This document shows, one piece after another, positions 26,390-40,200 of a stretch of 64,000 nt of DNA. The DNA is from Octopus sinensis. Its lineage: Eukaryota. Where the stretch lies: positions 4,588,001-4,652,000 of the forward strand of contig NC_043026.1 of NCBI RefSeq assembly GCF_006345805.1. Direction: 5' to 3'. The notes beneath the pieces are model-generated. The model did not search any database and had not been told where the DNA came from. It saw nothing but the letters and a program-made list of their open reading frames with translations. The stretch's first letter is position 1. Every line of letters starts with the position of its first letter. Made by a program: the position numbers and the translations under genes.

Positions 26390-28377
26390 GTGTTGATGTC
26401 TTCCAGGTATTGTTCATAGCGAAACAAACACACCCACACATATACACAAACACATTCTATTGATTGAAAAAGGATAAGAAATTGAATAATAGATGAAAGA
26501 AACAATTGAATAGGTGAATCATACAAATACAATACATATGTGTGTATGTATAAGGAGAGGGATTAACCTGTATGTATGTATATATATATATATATATACA
26601 CATAAATGAAAAGCAAGGGGCAAATAATAGTGCTCAACTACACAAGGTAGAGTTAAATTTGTGATATTTTTGCAGCTTTAATAAAAACGTGTATAAGAAT
26701 ATATATATCTTCTTTTGGTCTCTTACTTGTTTCACTCATTTGAAAGTGGCCATGCTGGAGCACCTCCTTCAAGGGTGCTGGTCCAAGAGATTGACACCAG
26801 AACTTATTCTTTGTAAGCCTAGTATTCATTCTATTGGCCTTTTTTGGTGAACCACTAAGTTACAGGGTCACAAACACAGATACACAAATATATATATAAA
26901 CATGACAGGCTTCTGGCTACTAAATCTACTGATAAGGCTATGGTCAGCCTAAGGCTGTAGTAGCAGGCACTTGACCTATATTCACTGTAAACTACCTGAA
27001 ATTGTGTATCCTCAGATGAACATATCCATTCCTATAATTTCCATCAAATAGTTTTGACATAAGTTATAACCAAACTATACTTTATATTATTGGAATATAA
27101 CTCCAAAATAGGGAGAAAAATAAATAGAAAAACCAAAGAAGGAAAGAAAAAAATGGGAAAGGAAAATGTAAATGAAATGTTTTATTAGTAATGTAACTTT
27201 GTAAAATGTTAAAACCAAACTTTACTTCGTATTACAGGGTGATTGAAAAGTAACTCCCTATTTTGGAAATACTTGTGAATTATTTGTTAATTGTAATTTT
27301 TACAGAAAGAAAATATCATTATGAGAGGTTTTACTATGAGGTTTGATTTAAAATTCGATATGCACTCCAGATGTCACCACAAGCATTTTGTATCAGCCAG
27401 GAATTGCATGAAGTGTCTTTTTTAAATCAATAGATTCTGTTTGTGTACATGTGTGTGTGTGTGTTTGGCTATGAACAACACCTGAAAGACATCACCACTA
27501 TGTATATATATATATATATATATATATACGTATATTTCTGCCAATAGAAGCTGGGAACATCACAAATATACACACACCATACATTTAAACAAGTTTACAC
27601 ACGCACACACAAATACACAAAAGTTACCAAGGTAACGCCCACACATCTATAAACTTCTTCCTGGTATGTTATCGATCCCTCGCTAACAGCTTCAGAAGTC
27701 ATACGTATGTTTGTGTTTGACTGAACTGGTTTCACAAGATTTTGCTGAGATACAAAGAGACTTGAGGCTGGGACTGGAACGTATTCTTTTTCTGAATTCG
27801 TGTGTTGAAGCATATTTTGTTGTGTCTGGGGTGAGTCATTCTGTTTAAATGTCTTATTAGTTAACCTTTCTACTAAAAGCACAAGGCTTCAAATATTTTG
27901 GGGGGTCGGAATTAAGTTGATTGCATCAACCCCTGTGTTTCACTGTTACTTAATTTATCAACCCTGAAAGGATGAAAAGCAAAGTCGACCTCAGCGGAAT
28001 TTGAACTCAGAACATACCGATGCTAAGCATGTAGTCCAGCTTACTAACGATTCCGCCAGCTCCTCACCTAAAATGCCTTATTAATTAACATACTCACCAG
28101 TTCACTTTCCACTCATTTACTTGATCAATTTTTTTTTCTTCTTCTTAAATTTTCATTACTTCTTGCAACCTCTTCATTTAATTAAATCACAAATCTGAAA
28201 AGAAAACTTTAGTTATACTCCTGCTTGAAATCTGATGGCATTGGGTGTGGCAGCGAACTCAATACAACAACCACCATACACCACTGCTTAGATAGGAACT
28301 TGCTTTATTTTCACATATTTTATAAGACTAGAAACTGTTAAAACATTTTACAGTGTCCTTTACCTTTCCAGAGTATT

Positions 28378-28902
28378 CAGGGTGATTGCAAAGTAACTCC
28401 TAATTTAAAAATACTTTTCTATTATTTATTAATTGTAATTTATTTCTCAAGTCTTTTGTGTTTGTTCTTTTTTCTTAAGTATGAGAATTTAATCTGTAAT
28501 CGAGTTGCTCTTGTCATTGGTGAATGGGTCCTTCCCCAGGGGATGGATGGGTCGCATGAGGGGTCAGCCAAGAGACCTAACTTAACACCCTGTGACTTCT
28601 TTGTTTGGGGTCGGTTCAAAGAACAAGTCTACTGTACAAAAGCAGAGACTCTGGAAGAACTGGAACGGCAATTACAAGAAATCATACGTCTTCTTCCATC
28701 GCATCAGAGTTCCTGGTGAAATCACTTGATGCAATTCCTGGCTGATACAAAATACTTGTGGTAACATCTGGAGTGCATGTCGAATTTTAAAGAAAACCTC
28801 ATAGTAAAACCTCTCATAGCGATATTTTTTTCTGTAAAAATTACAATTAAAAAATAATTCAAAAGTATTTTCAAAATAGGGAGTTACTTTTCAATCACCC
28901 TG
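28378..28902 (+). mobile_element. Internally deleted Tc1/mariner element (further copies 30607-31141 and 22157-22522)
   Basis: TIRs cagggtgattgcaaagtaactcc and ggagttacttttcaatcaccctg followed by TA. Transposase C-terminal remnant RPNLTPCDFFFWGWLQEQVYCTKAETLEEL (translation of the 30607 copy) resembles the WPxxSPDLxPxDF motif. Confidence 0.85.
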
Positions 28903-29522
28903 TAATACGAAGTATAGTTTGGTTTTAGCATTTTACAATGTTACATTACAAATAAAACATTTCATTTACATTTTCCTTTCCCTTTTTTTTCTTTCCTTCT
29001 TTAGTTTTTCTATTTATTTTTTCCCCTATTTTGGAGTTATATTCCAATAATATAAAGTATAGTTTGGTTATAAGTATGTCAAAACTATTTGATGGAAATT
29101 ATAGGAATGGATATGTTCATCTGGGATACACAATTTTAGGTAGCTACTACAGCCTTAGGATGACCATAGCCTTGTCAGTAGATTCAGTAACCAGAAGCCT
29201 GTCATGTTTATATATATATTTGTGTATCTGTGTTTGTGTCCCTGTAACTTGGTGGTTCACCAAAAAAGGCAAATAGAATAAATACTAGGCTTAGAAAGAA
29301 TAAGTTCTGGTGTCGATCTCTTGGACCAGCTCCCTTGAAGGAGTTGCTACAGCATGGCCACTTTCAAATGAATGAAACAAGAAAGAGACCAAAAGAAGAT
29401 ATATATATATTTATACACGTTTTTATTAAAGCTACAAATGTCTCATAAAAAAATCTCCCTGAGTTTACTCTACCTTCGGTAGTTGAGCACTATCTTTGCC
29501 CCTTGATTTTCATTTATGCGTG

Positions 29523-29566
<44 letters not shown>

Positions 29567-32547
29567 TACATACATACAGGTTCATCACTGTCCTCATACA
29601 TACGTATTGTATTTGTGTGATTCACCTGTTCAATTGTTTCTTTCATCTATTTTTTTATTTCTTTATCTTTTTTCAATCAATAAAATGTGTTTATGTATAT
29701 GTGTGGGTGTGTTTGTTTGGCTATCAACAACACCTGAAAGACATCACCATTATATATATATATTTCTACATATAGACGCTGGGGACGTCACAAATATACA
29801 CACACCATACTTTTAAACAAGTTTACACACGCACACACAAATACACAAAAGTTACCAAGGTAACACCCACACATCTATAAACTTCTTCCTGGTATGTTAT
29901 TGATCCCTCGCTAACAGCTTCAGAAGTCATACGTATGTTTGTGTTTGACTGAACTGGTTTCACAAGATTTTGCTGAGATACAAAGAGACTTGAGGCTGGG
30001 ACTGGAACGTATTGTTTTCCTGAATTCCTGTGTTGAAGCATATTTTGTTGTGTCTGGGGTGAGTAATTCTGTTTAAATGTCTTTTTAGTTAACCTTTCTA
30101 CTAAAAGCACAAAGCTTCAAATATTTTGGGGGGTTGGAATTAAGTTGATTGCATCAACCACTGCGTTTCACTGTTACTTAATTTATCAACTCTGAAAGGA
30201 TGAAAAGCAAAGTCGACCTGAGCGGAATTTGAACTCAGAACATACCGATGCAAAGCATGTAGTCCATCTTACTAACGATTCCGCCAGCTCCTCACCTAAA
30301 ATGCCTTATTAATTAACATACTCACCAGTTCACTTTCCACTCATTTACTTGATCAATTTTTTTTTTCTTCTTCTTAAATTTTCATTACTTCTTGCAACCT
30401 CTTCATTTAATTAAATCACAAATCTGAAAAGAAAACTTTAGTTATACTCCTGCCTGAATTCTGATGGCATTGGGTGTGGCAGCGAACTCAATACAACAAC
30501 CACCATACACCACTGCTTAGATAGGAACTTGCTTTATTTTCACATATTTTATAAGACTAGAAACTGTTAAAACATTTTGCAGTGTCCTTTACCTTTCCAG
30601 AGTATTCAGGGTGATTGCAAAGTAACTCCTAATTTAAAAATACTTTTCTATTATTTATTAATTGTAATTTATTTCTCAAGTCTTTTGTGTTTGTTCTTTT
30701 TTCTTAAGTATGAGAATTTAATCTGTAATCGTATTGCTCTTGTCGTTGGTGAATGGCCCCTTCCCTAGGGGATGGATGGGTCGTTGTGGTCCGCATGAGG
30801 GGTCAGCCAGGAGACCTAACTTAACACCCTGTGACTTCTTTTTTTGGGGTTGGTTGCAAGAACAAGTCTACTGTACGAAAGCAGAGACTCTGGAAGAACT
30901 GGAACAGCAATTACAAGAAGTAATACGTCTTCTTCCATCGCAGCAGAGTTCCTGGTGAAATCACTCGATGCAATTCCTGGGTGATACAAAATGCTTGTAG
31001 TGACATCTGGAGTGCATATCGAATTTTCAATCAAACCTCATAGTAAAACCTCTCATAGCGATATTTTTTTCTGTAAAAATTACAATTAAAAAATAATTCA
31101 CAAGTATTTTAAAAATAGGGAGTTACTTTTCAATCACCCTGTAATACGAAGTATAGCTTGGTTTTAACATTTTAAAAAGATACATTACAAATAAAACATT
31201 TCATTTACATTTTCCTTTCCCTTTTTTATCTTTCCTCGTTTGGTTTTTCTATTTATTTTTCTCCCTATTTTGGAGTTATATTCAAATAATATAAAGTATA
31301 GTTTGGTTATAACTTATGTCAAAACTATTTGATGGAAATTATAGGAATGGATATGTTCATCTGAGGATACACAGTTTTAGGTAGTTTACAGTGGATATTG
31401 GGTAAGTACCAACTACTATAGCCTTGGGCTGACCAATGTCTTGTCAGTAGATTTAGTAGCCAGAAGCCTGTCATGTTTAAATATATATTTGTGTATTTGC
31501 GTTTGTGTACCTGTAACCTAGTGGTTCACCAAAGAAGGGCAATAGAATAAATACTAGGCTTACAAAGAATAAGTTCTGGTGTCAATCTCTTGGACTCACA
31601 GCCTTTAAGGAGGTCCCCCAGCATGGCCACTGTCAAATGAGTATGAGATCAAAAGAATATATATATATATAATCATATATATATATATGATGTCCCCAGC
31701 GTATACACATTTTTATTAAAGCTACAAAAGTCTCACAAAAAAATCTAAGTTTACTCTACCATCGGTAGCTGAGCACAATTTTTTGCATCTTGCTTTTCAT
31801 TTATGCGTGTATATATAAATATATATATAAAGTATACATACATACAGGTTCATCACTGTCCTCATACATACATATTGTATTTGTATGATTCACTTATTCA
31901 ATTGTTTCTTTCATCTATATTCTAATTTCTTATCCTTTTTCAATCAATAAAATGTGTTTACGTATATGTGTGGGTGTGTTTGTTTGGCTATCAACAATAC
32001 CTGAAAGACATCACCACTATGTATATATATATATATTATATATATATATATATATTTCTGCATATGGAACCTGGGAACGTTACAAATGTACACACACCAT
32101 ACATTTAAACAAGTTTACACACGCACACACAAATACACAAAAGTTACCAAGGTAACGCCCACACATCTATAAACTTCTTCCTGGTATGTTATCGATCCCT
32201 CGCTAACAGCTTCAGAAGTCACACGTCAGTAGATTTAGTAGCCAGAAGCCTGTCATGCTTATTTTGGAGTTATATTCCAATATTATTCCAACAACTAATT
32301 CACAAGTATTTTATAAATAGGGAGTTACTTTTCAATCACCCTGTAATATTAAGTATAGTTTGGTTTTAACATTTTAAAAAGTTACAATATAAATAAAACA
32401 TTTCATTTACATTTTCCATTTCCCTTTTATTCTTTCTTTGTTTGGTTTTTCTATTTATTTTTCTCCCTATTTTGGAGTTATATTCCAATAATATAAAGTA
32501 TATTTTGGTTATAAGTATGTCAAAACTATTTGATGGAAATTATAGGA

Positions 32548-33495
32548 ATAATAAATAATAATAATGAAATTATTGTATACAGTGCTCAGGTGCACCACAA
32601 CTTGTCAGAAAATGCATATAAAGTACATGCAGTAATGTAGAAATGTCTGGAAAGTGAACATGCTTGCGTGTGTATGGAGGGGAGAAAATTTAGTGTAATG
32701 TTGGCGAATCTCAGGAAGCATGGAAGTCTTGAAGGTTGCAGTGCTCCGACAACTAACAACCGATGCCGGCAGTTTGTTCCATGCTTCAGCAACTCTCAGC
32801 GTGAAAAAATGTTTCCTGAAGTCATGGGAGCTGTGCTGTTTTCTGACTTTGTAAATATGTCCACGGGTGTTAGATGGGTGGAGTTTGAAAAGGTGCTCAG
32901 AGTTATTGTTTGTGCGATAGTTGATAATTTTATGGGTGTCTGCCAAGTCAGCTGCCAGACGTCGGAGTTTCAATGTGTCCATGCCCAGGGAAGTAAGGCG
33001 TTCAGGATATGGCAAATGCCTGATGGAGGGTATTCTTTTGGTTGCACGTCGCTGAACAGCTTCCAGACGATTGATGTCCTGGGCAAGATAGGGGTTCCAG
33101 ACCGGTGATGCAAATTCCAGGTGAGGTCTTACCATAGCTATATAAAGCCGCAGATAGATAGCCGGAGAGCGGCTCACAAAGGATTTGGTGAGTGATGCCA
33201 AGACACCCTAAGCCTTCTTGACAATTTTAGCGATGTGTTTTGTCCAACGCAAATCACTGTCGACAATAACACCCAGGTCACGTTCACTTGAAGACTTTTT
33301 GAGACTAGTGTTGTGGGGGGAGTAGGTGGACGCTGGGTTTCTCCTCCCAAAATGCATGGTGGTACATTTGTCCACAGCCAGCTTGAGTTGCCAGTCCATG
33401 ATCCACTGCTGCATTGTGTCCAGGTCTGCTTGCAATATAGATCCATAGTGTATAGGATTTGACCTCTTTATTTCGAGGTACAGCTTGATGGATAT
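32548..33495 (-). mobile_element. CR1/L2-like LINE 3' portion inserted into one array unit
   Basis: [62 protein letters not shown]; short AT-rich tail. Confidence 0.9.
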
Positions 33496-33933
33496 GTTCA
33501 TCTGAGGATACACAATTTTAGGTAGTATACAGTGGATATTGGGCAAGTGCTTGCTACTACAGCCTTAGGCTGTCCAAAGCCTTGTCAGTAGATTTAGTAG
33601 CCAGAAGCCTGTCATGTTTATATATATATTTGTGTATCTGTGCTTGTGCCTCTGTAACTTAGTGGTTCACCAAAAAAGGCCAATAGAATGAATACTAGGC
33701 TTACAAAGAATAAGTTCTGGTGTCGATCTCTTGGACCAGATCCCTTGAAGGAGGTGCTCCAGCATGGCCACTTTCAAATGAATGAAACAAGTAAGAGACG
33801 AAAAGAAGATATATATATATTTATACACGTTTTTATTAAAGCTACAAATGTCTCGCAAAATAATCTCCCTAAGTTTACTCTACCTTCGGTAGTTGAGCAC
33901 TATTTTTTGCCCCTTGATTTTCATTCATGCGTG

Positions 33934-33975
<42 letters not shown>

Positions 33976-35044
33976 TATATACATACAGGTTCATCACTGT
34001 CCTCATACATACGTATTGTATTTGTATGATTCACCTATTCAATTGTTTCTTTCATCTATATTCTAATTTCTTATCCTTTTTCAATCAATAGAATGTGTTT
34101 ATGTATATGTGTAGGCGTGTTTGTTTGGCTATCAACAGTACCTGAAAGACATCACCACTATGTATATATATATATATATATTTCTGCATATGGAACCTGG
34201 GAACGTCACAAATATACACACACCATACTTTTAAACAAGTTTACACACGCACACACAAATACACAAAAGTTACCAAGGTAACACCCACACATCTATAAAC
34301 TTCTTCCTGGTATGTTATCGATCCCTCGCTAACACCTTCAGAAGTCATACCTATGTTTGTGTTTGACTGAACTGGTTTCACAAGATTTTGCTGAGATACA
34401 GAGAGACTTGAGGCTGGGACTGGAACGTATTCTTTTCCTGAATTCGTGTGTTGAAGCATATTTTGTTGTGTCTGGGGTGAGTAATTCTGTTTAAATGTCT
34501 TATTAGTAAACCTTTCTACTAAAAACACAAGGCTTCAAAAATTTTGCGGGGTTGGAATTAAGTTGATTGCATTAACGCCTCTGTTTCACTGTTACTTAAT
34601 TTATCAACCCTGAAAGGATGTAAAGCAAAGTCGACCACAGCAAAATTTGAACTCAGAACATACCGATGCTAAGCCTGTTGTCCATCCTACTAACGATTCC
34701 GCCAGCTCCTCACCTAAAATGCTTTATTTACAGTGAAATCTATTCACTGGTCACTGAAATTAGAAATATTGAATTTCTAAATGTCTCAGAGAGACAGGAG
34801 TGGTGGTGCAGCGAGAGAGGGGTTGTATACTGTCAACATTACGTGACAGTCCCAAAAAGGGAATTACAACCTTCGCAAATATAATGACACACGAAATGTG
34901 TCAAAGTGGACAGGAAGCATCGATGCTTCCTAGGGCTAAATAGCAGTGGTGTAATTCCCTTTACGGGACTGTCACGTTATGTTGACTTTATACAACCAGT
35001 CTATGTCAAAACTATTTGATGGAAATTAAAGGAATGGATATGTT

Positions 35045-35415
35045 CATCTAAGGATACATGATTTTATGTAGTTTACAGTGGATTTTGGGCAAGTGTCCCC
35101 TACTACAGCCTTGGGCCAACCAAAGCTTTGTCAGTGGATTTGGTAGACAGAAGCTGGAAGAAGCCCGTCATATGTTTATATGTACATGTATGTATATATT
35201 TGTGTGTGTGTCTCTGATTGTCCCCAGCCATCACTTGACAACCGATGTTGGTGTGTTTATGTCCCTGTAACTTAGTGGTTTGGCAAAAGAGACCGATTGA
35301 ATAAATACTAGGCTTACAAAAATAAGTCCTGGGGACAATTACTTAGACTAACACCCTTGAAGGAGGTGCTCCAGCATGGCCACTTTCAAATGAGTGAAAC
35401 GAGAAAGAGACCAAA
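35045..35415 (+). mobile_element. Diverged tRNA-SINE copy
   Basis: ttgggcaagtgt...gaccgattgaataaatactaggctt...ggtgctccagcatggcc. Confidence 0.7.
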
Positions 35416-35426
35416 AGAATATATAC

Positions 35427-35467
<41 letters not shown>

Positions 35468-37252
35468 TATATATATATACATACATATACACTTTTTCTA
35501 TTAAAGCTGCAAAAATATCAAAAAAAATCTCACTCAGTTTACTCTACCTTGGGTAGTTGAGTACTATTTTTTGCCCCTTGCTTTTCATTTATGTGCTTAT
35601 TTACATGTGTATAAATATATATATACACATACACGTATATAGGTTAATTCCTGCCCCCTTACATCATTGTTTTTCTTTCAAGCAACATAATTTTTTGTAA
35701 AACTGATTTCTACTTTAATATTAAATTTTGAATAAAAATGTTATTTTCTAAACTCTTTAACATTGTGGTTCTTTTCCATCAAATGTAACATTTATTTCTT
35801 CACATTATTTTTAATTAAAGAAGGAGGCAAGCTGGCAGAATCGTTAAAATACTTCGTAACATTTTTGTCTGTCTTTATGTTCTGAGTTCTAATTTCACTG
35901 AGGTTGACTTTGCCTTTTATTCTCCCAACCAATTAAGGTTGAATGAAACACTGAGGTCTATGTAATCAACTAGGTCCCCCCCAAAAAAAAATTTCAGGTC
36001 GTCAAGTGGTGGTGGTAGGGGACAAACAGACAGAAAAAACATGCAAACACACACACATATTTCTACAGCAGGTTTCTTTCAGTCTCCAACTCCCAGATCC
36101 AAGATTATGTTGGAAAATACTTGTGCAAGGTGCCACTCAGTGGGAATGAACCTGGCACCATGTGGTTGGGATGCAAGATTCTTATTACACAGTCACGCTC
36201 ACATCCGTATCCAATGTTATAAAGTAATGTGCGGGAAATTTATATTTCAAGGTAAATTTGTAATTTGTAAAATAAATTTTAGGGATATGGAACACAGACT
36301 TTGGTTTCTTCCTATACTTTAAGGTAATCTCTGCAATACAACTCCTTTGTTACCTAAACAATAAAATGTTTTAAATCAAATTAAATTTTTATAATTAGGA
36401 TGAACCGACCTTTCATTAGCTGGGATTATTGCTACCATGTATGATTCATTAATTCATCTTCATTATCTCATTCATCAACAAATAATAACGATCCTCTCAA
36501 CATGCTGTCTATCAGTGTGATTATATGAAAGCCCATCTTTGGATAAGCTTTCCGAGTTAATCAATGTTGTGTATGATAATTGTGTGGATTATATTGAAAT
36601 GTCGAGAGATTTACAGCATTTGTCAGGTTAAGAACAGTTTCATCTCCAGCTTTATTCGTATCTGTTAATCCAGGTAAATATTACGGAAACCAAGCCAACC
36701 ATGACTGTCCCATCATTTTCAGTACATATAATCATTAGTAATACTTATATTCCATCTAACTAGCAAAATGTTCAGTCTGTCTTGTATCTGACAAATGTCT
36801 ATGAAACATAATAAAGTCTATGTTTTGCTAATTGTTCCATATTAACGAAGTTTGAATATGATTGCTGTGTGTTGGGACATAATATAGCATGTACACCAAT
36901 TAAAGTTAATTTTCTCTACAGTTTAGAGTGTCTCGTTATTGAGTGCTTTTGGAGCAGGGGAATCTCTTTGACTAATTATTGTTAAATAAATCTAAGCCAC
37001 ACATGACTATTTCTTTGTGATGTTGAGAGCAAATATCATTTCCAGTGAAAATAATTATTTCTAATATTTAGACTCCATGTAATTAATGAAACTTATTAAT
37101 ACATCTTAGAATAGATTGTAATAAGTTGTTTAAATATTAATTAGACAAGATTAATTCACTGACAGAAATACATAAATGTTTTGTTTGTGTTTTTCAAATG
37201 ATGAAGAAAACATCATCTCCCTGAAACTTTAATATTTTCACAAAGCTAAATG

Positions 37253-37274
37253 TTTTCCTTATATTTCTTTACAG
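37253..37274 (+). promoter_or_regulatory. Putative splice acceptor 7 nt upstream of the ATG (5'-UTR intron)
   Basis: ttttccttatatttctttacAG|attcactATG. Confidence 0.6.
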
Positions 37275-37281
37275 ATTCACT

Positions 37282-40200
37282 ATGGAAGACCAGACTGAAA
37301 ATACTCAGAAAAGAGCTTTAAGGGACTCAACACCAAAAGGGGATGAAGAAGAAGTTGACAATAAAAGGTGGAAATATGAGGAAGATGATGGTTCAAGGAG
37401 AGAAATGTCCGAGAAACGATCTTCATCTCAGCCAACAACAAAACAAAAAAGACATAAAGGAGACCCTAAAAACAGGGAAATAATTAGAAAACGAGATGTT
37501 TTGGACAAACACATATTTTATACAAGATTCAATGCCTATGAGGACAAAATTGATTTGCTGATAAATTCTCGGAAAAAAATATGTACTTTTTTAAAAAGAA
37601 TAGGAATGGATGAAAATACTTTTCTAAAACATTTTACACAGAGAATAGAAATTCTGATGAAAGACATTAAAAAAAAAGATTACAATCAAGAATTTATAAT
37701 TTTTGGAAAACTAGAATTGTTCCTGGAACACTATTTAAAGACAAATGTTTTACAAGACAAACACAAAACCATTGAAGCACCAAAAATAATCACAAAATTT
37801 CGGCCTCTTCAGCCAGTTGTGACTAGAGAAGCAAACATTGAGGAATCTGGAGAAGAATTTGAAGAAATCCCAATAATATCCAATATTGTCATCATAGAGG
37901 AGGGAGTGATGACATATTCCCACCATTGCAAGATAATAAGTTTAGTAACAAGAGACAGTGACAGAATTGATGTCCATTGTCCATCTTCTGTGACCAGTTT
38001 CACAAGAATCAGTGAAGACATGGTTCTGGCAACCCTCCCCTTCCATGAAATGATTCTTATTATCAGCCCCAAAACCTTCAAGATCAAAAGGATACAGTTG
38101 GGGTTACATATGGTGAGTTACTTGGAAGATTCTACACTCTTAGGTGTAGAAATGTTTGGTAAGACTGTTTACCAATTTGATTGGGAGGATAACACCATTA
38201 ACTATCAATTTATTACCAAAGAAACCCCTACAGATATTGCTGTAGGGGTCCAGAATATACTTGTAATTACATTCGCCAGCATCAACAGAGTAATCTGTTA
38301 CAAACTGGATGGCCAACAGTTATGGGAGGTAGAGACCCATTCTCTGCACCTCCCAAGTAAAATCTCTCTCTACCAAAATTATTTCTATGTCCTCCAGGGA
38401 CAAATAATTTATAGGATTTCAGCTAAAGGTGGTGTAACAAGGAGGGACATTGGCAGGAAATGCCGCTCTATTTCTGTTGGTAAAGATACCATTTTGGTAA
38501 CAGATTATTGCGGCAAACCACATGGTATTCAAATGAATAAAGACTTTTGGCCCAACCTGTCATACAACCACCAGCTACATACTCCCAGTTTAAAAGACTA
38601 TATTGATATTGAGGATTGCTACAACATTACAAATATTCTACCTATGTCTACATCTTCTATATTAATAATTTACAAAAACAAGAAAGCTAAATTATTCACT
38701 GATAACGGGGAAATAATTAACCAAAATAATTCAGTTTTCCTTGAGCTTCCTTTTTTCTGTTGTAGAATAAACGCAAACAGATTCCTGGTATTTTATTGTG
38801 AAATGAAAGGATTTCAGTATATCACCTGTCCTGAACTAAGAAAAGGCCCTTTAATAAAGGTGCAAACTGGTTACATGAAAATATGTCATATTGTATCAAA
38901 TAAGTATTTAGCTGTGACCACCAATGAAAACAAAAGCGAGGTCCAAATCCTATTGATCAACGAAGATAAAGTTGACATTGCAGAAAGAATTTCTCTGGGA
39001 CATCATAATGTCAGCATTGCTGCAACTCCAATTAATTTTGTAGTCGTAGATGGAAACGAAAATAAAATGGTATTTTATTCCACATGTGGTGAAGAACTTT
39101 TTCAAAAATACCTTCCATTCTATGGCTACCCTCATCACATCTACTCTGATAATGTTTATTTCTATGTCCTCTTCAGGAGACACTCTATTCTCAGATGTTA
39201 CGATCTATATGGACAAATGAAATGGCAGTGGGAACTGCCTTTCCCTGTTCACCCTCACATTGCTGTTTTCCAAGGAACTCTTTATGTCCCGGACACTCAA
39301 CTCAACAGGCTTCTTCTTTACAAGAATCAAGACTGGTCGTCTGGCTGCCTTTTACCCATTAAAAATCCTTACATCAGAAATCTAAATCTACGACTCAAAG
39401 AAAAGGAGAATGACCAAAAACTTGTCATTGGTGAAATATGTAATCTGTCTAATGGACAGTTGGTGGTGTCTGACATCAACCATGATTGCTTGTTGTACAT
39501 TTCTGAGGAAGGAGACATTGTGTCCAGATTATCTCTGCCGTCTACAGCCACAGATATATGTCGATGGGATTCTAATCATATAGGGGTCACATTACCCCTA
39601 CAGAAACAATTAAGCGTCATTGGAAACCTATCAAAGACAGTGAGAAGTGTAAAATTAAGGCAGCCTTATGTACAGGTGTGTAAGATGGGTGAATGTGAAA
39701 TTGTTTGTTATTGTGATAAACCATCACATTTAGACATTTTAGCCATCAATAATTATAATCAAGTTGAAGTAATTAAGACAATTAATATCCCTGTGTTTGT
39801 GAAATCATTATCAGTAGACAAGGAAACAGAAAAGCTATTAATTGTTACTAGGGGAAAAGCTTTTCAGTACAACACTAGAATAGGTGGTGGTGGTCGTGGA
39901 GGTCGTCAGATGGTCCCCAGTGTTTTAATGTCCCAAGTGAAACGTCCCCTCAGTCTCCAAGGTGGATCTATTGACCAAACGTCTGTTTATCTGATAGACA
40001 GAAGCCGTATGTTTGCCATAAACGATCAGAATTTGTTGGTTAATGATCTCGTTACTAATAATCAACTTAATTATTATATCGACCTGGTGGATGTATTTTC
40101 CAGACACATTTCTCTCAGTGAAATGTTGTCTTCCACTTTATATCTACAGGACCTGACAGTTTCTGATAAAGCCAGACATATTCCTCTCCCTAAACATTTG

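Larger units (their letters stand above)
26347..34700. repeat. Array of a ~2.2-kb compound unit (SINE pieces plus Tc1/mariner remnant); 26400-27420 is inverted
   Basis: Identical landmarks at 27882 and 30110 (period 2228 bp) and at 34528, with a truncated copy near 32070-32220. Confidence 0.9.

Noticed and set aside
21378-34528. Four near-identical 95-aa minus-strand ORFs (21378, 27595, 29823, 34241)
   Set aside because: They lie within the duplicated repeat unit, overlap a dispersed repeat also seen near 59990 and a (CA)-rich tract, and show no domain-like features. Their conservation reflects recent duplication, not a gene family.
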